Part shown: positions 58,198 through 64,000 of the stretch, piece by piece
Layout of the letters: each line of letters opens with the position of its first letter
How positions within the stretch are numbered: the stretch's first letter is position 1
IMG/VR virus record: IMGVR_UViG_3300044732_000442
Location: 1 to 64,000 of that record
Source: a virus
Length of the DNA: 64,000 nt
Direction: 5' to 3' (one strand)
Notes under the pieces: model-generated
Database searches by the model: none
What the model was told of the DNA's origin: nothing
What the model saw: the letters and a program-made list of their open reading frames with translations, nothing else
Program-made: the position numbers and the translations under genes

Positions 58198-59202
58198 ATG
58201 TCAATATCAATAACAGGTGGAATATCATTTAGTGGTGGAGTAGGAATAACTGCCGCACCACCATCAACTCCAACAGCAGGATGGTTTGCAGGTGGGTCTG
58301 ACGATTCTGGTGTTACTTCAACAGTACAACGAATAACATATGCAACTGATACCGCTACTGCAAGTGTTCGTGGACCATTAAACGGCACCAGATATCAAAA
58401 TGCCGGTACCGGTAATTTAAATTATGGATGGTTTGCTGGTTCACGCATTACAGTTGCTATTAGCTCAGTATCAAGGATCACCTATGCAACAGATACTGAT
58501 ACAGCAAGTAATCGCGGCCCACTAAGTTATAGTGCTTATAGTATTACTGCGAACGGCACAGATACATATGGATGGTTTGCAGGTGGTAAGGATCAATCAC
58601 CTAGTGATTATTCTACAGTATCCAGAATAACATACGCAACTGATACTGGTACTGCAAGTACAAGGGGATCATTATCCGGTTGTTCATATCAAGGTGCAGC
58701 ATCTACTGACAGCACTACATATGGCTGGATTGCAGTAGGATTTGATAACCCTAGTACTATCGGATACCGTAGTATCGTAACTAGGATAACATATGCCACT
58801 GATACAGTAACATCAACTATTAGAGGTCCATTAAGTTCAACTAGATCATCAATGGCCGGTACTGGTAGTACAAGTTATGGTTGGTTTGCCGGTGGATTTT
58901 TCGTCGGCCCGCCGACATGGGAGGGAATTTATTATTCTAGGGTAGATCGTATTGATTATGCAAATGATACCGCTACAGCAAGTGTTCGTGGTCCGTTAAC
59001 TAGAACTAATCAAGGTCAAGCAGCATCAACCGATGGAACAACATATGGTTGGTTTGGTGGAGGAAATAATTTTTCAACTCCTGCCGGTCCTTTTTCTTCC
59101 GTAGACAGAATAACATATGCTACTGATACTGTTACTGCGACTGCACGTGGCCCGTTAAGTTCCGGTAGGAGGGTTTTTGCTGCCTCATCCGGTATACAAT
59201 AA
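58198..59202 (+). CDS. kelch-like beta-propeller repeat protein, family B (6 repeats)
   Basis: Six repeats; close paralog of 14099-15082. Confidence 0.75.
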   Translation: MSISITGGISFSGGVGITAAPPSTPTAGWFAGGSDDSGVTSTVQRITYATDTATASVRGPLNGTRYQNAGTGNLNYGWFAGSRITVAISSVSRITYATDTDTASNRGPLSYSAYSITANGTDTYGWFAGGKDQSPSDYSTVSRITYATDTGTASTRGSLSGCSYQGAASTDSTTYGWIAVGFDNPSTIGYRSIVTRITYATDTVTSTIRGPLSSTRSSMAGTGSTSYGWFAGGFFVGPPTWEGIYYSRVDRIDYANDTATASVRGPLTRTNQGQAASTDGTTYGWFGGGNNFSTPAGPFSSVDRITYATDTVTATARGPLSSGRRVFAASSGIQ

Positions 59203-59217
59203 TATAAAGGTTAAAAA

Positions 59218-59715
59218 ATGTCAATAACAATAACAGGTGGAATAACATTAAATGGTGGTGGTTGGACTATTGAGGCACCACCGGCGGGTATTAGGGCTAT
59301 ATTTGGTTATGGAAATGATGGATCAGTAACATCAATAACTAATTTAGTATCAACTACTGGTGTTGTTGCCACAGATACCGCAGGGGTAGGGACTGCTAGA
59401 TATGGATTGGCAGCCGCAGGATATGGCACAGATAAAGCTATATTTGGATATGGATATGCCTCTCCAAGCGCACGTTCAATCACCAATCTAGTATCAAATA
59501 CAGGTGTTGTTGCTACTGATACAGCAGGTGTAGGTACTGCTAGATATCAAATAGCCGCCGCAGTGTATGGCACAGATAAGGCTATATTTGGTTATGGATA
59601 CGGGGTTTCTTGGACATCAATAACTAACCTAGTATCAAACACCGGTGTAGTAGCAACAGATACAACAGGTGTTGGCACTGCTAGAGCTGAAATTGCGGCA
59701 GCAGCCTACGGTTAA
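59218..59715 (+). CDS. kelch-like repeat protein, family A (3 repeats)
   Basis: Three AIFGYG/NTGVV repeats with intact leader and AAYG end. Confidence 0.75.
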   Translation: MSITITGGITLNGGGWTIEAPPAGIRAIFGYGNDGSVTSITNLVSTTGVVATDTAGVGTARYGLAAAGYGTDKAIFGYGYASPSARSITNLVSNTGVVATDTAGVGTARYQIAAAVYGTDKAIFGYGYGVSWTSITNLVSNTGVVATDTTGVGTARAEIAAAAYG

Positions 59716-59737
59716 TTATACAATAAAGGTTTTATAA

Positions 59738-60397
59738 ATGTCAATAACAATAACAGGTGGAATAACATTAAATAATGGTGGTTGGACTATAGTTGCACCA
59801 CCCGCAGGTAATAAAGCTATCTTTGGATACGGGACTGATGGTATTTCTCTATTAGCAATGACCAATCTAGTATCAAACACTGGTGTAGTAGCCAATGATA
59901 CTACAGGTGTTGGTACTGCTAGATTATACTTAGCAGCCGCCGGCTATGGAACAGATAAAGCTATTTTTGGATATGGGGTTACATACTCTCCAGGTTTCAC
60001 TCCTTACTCAATTACCAATCTTGTATCAAATACAGGTGTTGTTGCTACTGATACAACAGGTGTTGGAACTGCTAGAGGAACATTAGCAGCCGCAACCTAT
60101 GGCACTGATAAAGCTATATTTGGATACGGGTATAACGGAAGTACTAATGTATCAACTACTAATCTAGTATCAAACACAGGTGTTGTTGCTAGTAATACTA
60201 CAGGTGTTGGAACTATTAGAGGAACATTAGCAGCCTCAGGTTATAGCACTGATAAAGCTATATTTGGATATGGATTTGCCAATAGTGGCATAGTGTCAAT
60301 GACTAACCTAGTATCAAACACAGGTGTTGTTGCTACTGATACTACAGGTGTTGGAACTGCTAGAGAGGAATTAGCGGCCGCAAGTTACGGATCTTAA
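59738..60397 (+). CDS. kelch-like repeat protein, family A (4 repeats)
   Basis: Four KAIFGYG repeats. Confidence 0.75.
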   Translation: MSITITGGITLNNGGWTIVAPPAGNKAIFGYGTDGISLLAMTNLVSNTGVVANDTTGVGTARLYLAAAGYGTDKAIFGYGVTYSPGFTPYSITNLVSNTGVVATDTTGVGTARGTLAAATYGTDKAIFGYGYNGSTNVSTTNLVSNTGVVASNTTGVGTIRGTLAASGYSTDKAIFGYGFANSGIVSMTNLVSNTGVVATDTTGVGTAREELAAASYGS

Positions 60398-60440
60398 CAT
60401 TATGATTAACATAAATACATTTATTATAAAGGAAAATAAA

Positions 60441-60656
60441 ATGATAGACTTAGAAAACATGCCTGCTCCAACAGCAGAGGAAATTGCACAAGCAAGAGAA
60501 AATGCATTTAATGCAGAACATCCAGCATCATGGACATGGGATGAGGCAGCAACTACATATGTTGCTCCAGTTGCTATTCCAAGTGATGGTTATCCATACT
60601 TATGGGATGAAGCTACAACTAATTGGGTACCATTTCCAGATTATCCAAGAGAATAA
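60441..60656 (+). CDS. small Trp/Pro-rich protein (fibre-assembly-like)
   Basis: Duplicated WDExxTx(Y/W)V motif; start at ATG after AAGGA; TAAATA at 60412. Confidence 0.6.
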   Translation: MIDLENMPAPTAEEIAQARENAFNAEHPASWTWDEAATTYVAPVAIPSDGYPYLWDEATTNWVPFPDYPRE

Positions 60657-60659
60657 AGA

Positions 60660-61583
60660 ATGTCGGTAACATTTAGTGGTGGCGGTGTAACAATATCAGG
60701 CGGAGGATGGACTCTTAGTCCTCCACCAGGTGGTAGTAAGGCTATCTTTGGATATGGTTATAACGGGACAAATTTGTCAATTACTAATTTAGTATCAAAC
60801 ACAGGTGTTGTTGCCAATGATACTACAGGTGTCGGTACTGCTAGATTTGGATTGGCGGCCGCAGGATATGGCACAGATAAAGCTATATTTGGATATGGAT
60901 TCGGAGCTAGTAGAACGTCAATAACTAACCTAGTATCAAATACAGGTGTAGTTGCTACTGATACTTCAGGAGTTGGAACTGTTAGAAGTGATTTAGGAGC
61001 CGCAGGATATGGTACTGATAAAGCTATATTTGGTTATGGATATACAGGTGGTGTCTCTTTTATATCAATAACCAATCTAGTATCAAATACGGGTGTGGTT
61101 TCCGGTGATACTGCAGGTGTTGGTACTGCTAGAGGTTATCTTGCAGCCGCAGGTTATGGCACTGACAAAGCTATTTTTGGATATGGTAACGGTAGCGGAT
61201 TGCAATCAATAACCAATCTAGTATCAAACACGGGGGTTGTTGGCAACAATGTTACAGGTGTAGGTACTGCTAGAGATAGTCTTGCAGCCGCTAGTTATGG
61301 TACTGATAAAGCTATATTTGGTTATGGATCTGGACCAACTGCAATAACTAACTTAGTATCAAACACAGGTGTAGTTGCTACTGATACAACAGGTGTTGGA
61401 ACTGCTAGATATTATCTTGCGGCCGCAGGATATGGGGTAGGTACAGCTATATTTGGATACGGTGAGAATGGTAGTATTAATGTATCAATGACCAACTTAG
61501 TATCAAACACCGGTGTAGTTGCTACAGATACTACAGGTGTCGGTACTGCTAGACAATTATTAGCGGCCGCAAGTTACGGTTAA
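60660..61583 (+). CDS. kelch-like beta-propeller repeat protein, family A (6 repeats)
   Basis: Six AIFGYG repeats. Confidence 0.75.
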   Translation: MSVTFSGGGVTISGGGWTLSPPPGGSKAIFGYGYNGTNLSITNLVSNTGVVANDTTGVGTARFGLAAAGYGTDKAIFGYGFGASRTSITNLVSNTGVVATDTSGVGTVRSDLGAAGYGTDKAIFGYGYTGGVSFISITNLVSNTGVVSGDTAGVGTARGYLAAAGYGTDKAIFGYGNGSGLQSITNLVSNTGVVGNNVTGVGTARDSLAAASYGTDKAIFGYGSGPTAITNLVSNTGVVATDTTGVGTARYYLAAAGYGVGTAIFGYGENGSINVSMTNLVSNTGVVATDTTGVGTARQLLAAASYG

Positions 61584-61605
61584 TTATACAAAGAAAGAAT
61601 AAAGA

Positions 61606-62532
61606 ATGTCGGTAACATTAAACGGTGGTGTAACATTTGGCGGAGGGTTAACTCTTACTGCCGGACCAGCCGGTAATAAAGCTATATTTGGATACGGGTA
61701 CATTTCAGCAGTAGGAGAGACTGCAATAACCAATCTAGTAAGTAATACAGGCGTTGTAGCAACTGATACAGCTGGAGTAGGTACTACCAGAACTAACCTA
61801 GCGGCGGCTGGGTATGGTACTGATAAAGCCTTATTTGGTTATGGAGAAGGAAATGGTACTTATTTATCAATAACTAACAAAGTAAGTAATACAGGTGTGG
61901 TGGCTAATGATACTGCAGGTGTTGGTACTGGTAGAACTGGAATTGCAGCCGCAGGTTACGGGACTGATAAAGCTATATTTGGATATGGCTACGCCTCTGG
62001 CGGCAGAACAGCAATAACTAACAAAGTATCAAACACCGGAGTAGTTGCTACTGATACGACAGGTGTAGGTACTATTAGAAATGGACTAGCGGCCGCAGGC
62101 TATGGAACCGATAAAGCTATATTTGGATATGGGCAAAATTATCCCACTTATTATTCGTTAACCAATCTAGTAAGTAATACAGGTGTAGTAGCAACTGATA
62201 CAACTGGTGTTGGAACTATTAGAAGTGAGCTAGCGGCAGCAGGTTATGGTACGGATAAGGCTATATTTGGATATGGATATGCTTCCGACAATTCAAGTGT
62301 ATCAATGACCAACCTAGTATCAAACACAGGAGTAGTAGCAACAGATACGACTGGTGTTGGTACTGCTAGGTTTTATCTAGCTGCCGCTGTTTACGGCACT
62401 GATAAAGCTATATTTGGATATGGAGTAACAACAGCAGTAACTAATTTAGTATCAAATACAGGTGTGGTTGCTACAAATACTACTGGTGTTGGTACAGCAA
62501 GATATTCACTTGCGGCGGCCGCCTACGGTTAA
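61606..62532 (+). CDS. kelch-like beta-propeller repeat protein, family A (6 repeats)
   Basis: Six A(I/L)FGYG repeats. Confidence 0.75.
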   Translation: MSVTLNGGVTFGGGLTLTAGPAGNKAIFGYGYISAVGETAITNLVSNTGVVATDTAGVGTTRTNLAAAGYGTDKALFGYGEGNGTYLSITNKVSNTGVVANDTAGVGTGRTGIAAAGYGTDKAIFGYGYASGGRTAITNKVSNTGVVATDTTGVGTIRNGLAAAGYGTDKAIFGYGQNYPTYYSLTNLVSNTGVVATDTTGVGTIRSELAAAGYGTDKAIFGYGYASDNSSVSMTNLVSNTGVVATDTTGVGTARFYLAAAVYGTDKAIFGYGVTTAVTNLVSNTGVVATNTTGVGTARYSLAAAAYG

Positions 62533-62552
62533 ACAATAATTAACCATAATCA

Positions 62553-62581
62553 TTGCAATACAAATCATTATATGCTATAAT
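62553..62581 (+). promoter_or_regulatory. sigma70-like promoter (extended -10)
   Basis: TTGCAA-17 nt-TATAAT with TG; ATG 6 nt downstream. Confidence 0.75.
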
Positions 62582-62587
62582 GCATAA

Positions 62588-63184
62588 ATGATTAAGCTAA
62601 CAGTTCCATTACCCAAAAGTATCATAATCGCATGTAGCGGTGGTGTAGATAGCATGGCAGTAGTTGATTTTCTAAGCCGCAAACATGATATCACTATCGC
62701 CCATTTTAATCACAGAACACAAAACGGTGAAAAAGCCTCTAAGTTTGTTTCCAAATATTGTAGTGATAATAATATTCCTATGCTATATGGAACACCACGT
62801 AGTCAAAAAAATAGCAAAGAAAGCCAAGAAGAATACTGGCGTAGAGAACGCTATGATTTTTTAAGTGAACTTGGTCCAGTAATCACCTGTCATCATTTAG
62901 ATGATTGTGTTGAAACATATATCTGGTCAAGCTTACATGGCACACCCAAAGTTATCCCACTAACACGTAACAATGTTATTAGACCATTTCTAACTACTAG
63001 AAAACAAGATTTAATATATTGGTGCGAAAGTCATAATGTACCCTGGATTGAAGACGAATCCAATAAGAATTCCAGATATACCCGTAACTACATTCGCAAT
63101 GAACTAATGCCACATGCATTACATGTAAATCCCGGATTACCTAAATTGGTAAAAAAGATTGTAGAAGGTAAACAAAATACTTGA
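62588..63184 (+). CDS. tilS: tRNA(Ile)-lysidine synthetase-like, catalytic domain only
   Basis: PP-loop ACSGGVDSM, HFNH, R..RY.FL, HHLDDCVET, IRPFL, EDESN, RNYIRN. Confidence 0.85.
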   Translation: MIKLTVPLPKSIIIACSGGVDSMAVVDFLSRKHDITIAHFNHRTQNGEKASKFVSKYCSDNNIPMLYGTPRSQKNSKESQEEYWRRERYDFLSELGPVITCHHLDDCVETYIWSSLHGTPKVIPLTRNNVIRPFLTTRKQDLIYWCESHNVPWIEDESNKNSRYTRNYIRNELMPHALHVNPGLPKLVKKIVEGKQNT

Positions 63185-63209
63185 CTTCTCTACACAAACC
63201 AAGTATACT
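63181..63209 (+). promoter_or_regulatory. sigma70-like promoter
   Basis: TTGACT-17 nt-TATACT upstream of an AAGGAG RBS. Confidence 0.75.
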
Positions 63210-63232
63210 AACTAATTATTTAAGGAGAAACT

Positions 63233-63499
63233 ATGTCGGATTATAATAGAACGTTTAATGGTGAAGCAAAGATTAAACTAACACAATTAATCAATGAAGG
63301 GATGCATGTCCTACATGAAATTGATACATTGAATGGTGGATTAAACGACACTATTAAAGCGGTTGCTGAGGAGCTGGAAATCAAAGCTAGTACATTGAAG
63401 AAAGCCGTGCGTATTGCACACAAAGCAAGTCTCGGTCAGACTAACAAAGACCATGATGAACTCAACACAATCCTAGAAACTGTGGGAAAAACGCTTTGA
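63233..63499 (+). CDS. small helical DNA-binding protein (T4 DsbA/GapR-like)
   Basis: 88 aa, IKAVAEELEIKASTLKKAVRIAHK pattern. Confidence 0.55.
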   Translation: MSDYNRTFNGEAKIKLTQLINEGMHVLHEIDTLNGGLNDTIKAVAEELEIKASTLKKAVRIAHKASLGQTNKDHDELNTILETVGKTL

Positions 63500-64000
63500 G
63501 TTATGTGGATGCTATTCATAGTAGGGATGAGGATCGTATCTATGTAGTAGAACGATCTCCTGAGGGTAAACGATTGTATAAAGAATACCCTACTAACTAT
63601 GTATTGTATTATCCTGATAATAAAGGTAAACATCGTAGTATCTATGGCGATCCAGTCAGTCGTTTCAGTACTCGCAAACGACAAGAGTTTGAAAAAGAAA
63701 GACGCATACACTCAAATAAAAAACTATTTGAGAGTGATGTGCCAGTAGTCTTCCGTTGTCTAAGTGAAAACTATCTTGGCATTGATGCACCTAAACTTCA
63801 TACATGTTTCTTTGACATTGAGGTGGACTTTGATCCTGAAAAGGGATTCAGTCCTACAAGTGATCCATTCAATCCTGTTACAGCTATCAGTTGTTACTTA
63901 GATTGGCTAGATCAATGTATTACATTAGTGATTGCTCCTAAACATATGTCTAGTGAAACAGCACAAGAAATCACTAATGAGTTTGAGAATACAATGCTAT
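63496..64000 (+). CDS. family B DNA polymerase, N-terminal part (runs off the window)
   Basis: TTG start overlapping the upstream TGA; MSYVDAI...LFESDV...FFDIEVD (Exo I motif)...PVTAIS; open to the window end. Confidence 0.85.
   Translation, partial: MSYVDAIHSRDEDRIYVVERSPEGKRLYKEYPTNYVLYYPDNKGKHRSIYGDPVSRFSTRKRQEFEKERRIHSNKKLFESDVPVVFRCLSENYLGIDAPKLHTCFFDIEVDFDPEKGFSPTSDPFNPVTAISCYLDWLDQCITLVIAPKHMSSETAQEITNEFENTML

Noticed and set aside
59218-62532. CRISPR-like pattern of conserved blocks and variable spacers
   Set aside because: Period is about 140-150 bp, in frame, with synonymous variation inside long ORFs; no cas genes; these are protein repeats
1-64000. Stop-codon reassignment as seen in some large phages
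   Set aside because: Conserved genes (sheath, ClpA, clamp loader) are full length in the standard code and coding density is high
1-64000. tRNA or rRNA genes
   Set aside because: Intergenic gaps are short and no cloverleaf with T-loop/D-loop consensus was seen; a tRNAscan run would be the definitive check

Overview
AT-rich, densely coding 64 kb segment of a large T4-like (myovirus/jumbo-type) phage genome, read in the standard genetic code. Recognisable core genes are the neck proteins (gp13/gp14-like), tail completion (gp15-like), sheath, tube, head-completion nuclease, tail fibres, clamp loader, dNMP kinase and the 5' end of a family B DNA polymerase. Host-like auxiliary genes are iscA, mazG, Nudix, phoH, GroES-like, dnaJ, clpA, dps, tilS and a stand-alone DnaE fragment. 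Two promoter classes are visible: sigma70-like TTGnnn-17-TAnnnT before non-structural genes and (GA)TAAATA late-type boxes before structural genes, and many of both sit only 4-7 nt before the ATG (leaderless). The most unusual signals are three. (1) A set of proteins begins with T4 capsid-targeting-like peptides (MRAIEFLTE, MRATEFITE) and is built as strings of unrelated modules joined by [LIV]-x-E / QG[VL]xEG linkers, which suggests protease-processed, head-packaged cargo polyproteins. (2) Two of these proteins carry internal twin-arginine (Tat) signal peptides directly behind a VDE site, one of them in front of a GH19 muramidase. (3) Nine paralogous kelch-like beta-propeller genes in two families share an N-terminal leader and have hypervariable loops. 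All product calls come from motif recognition by eye; no searches were run.
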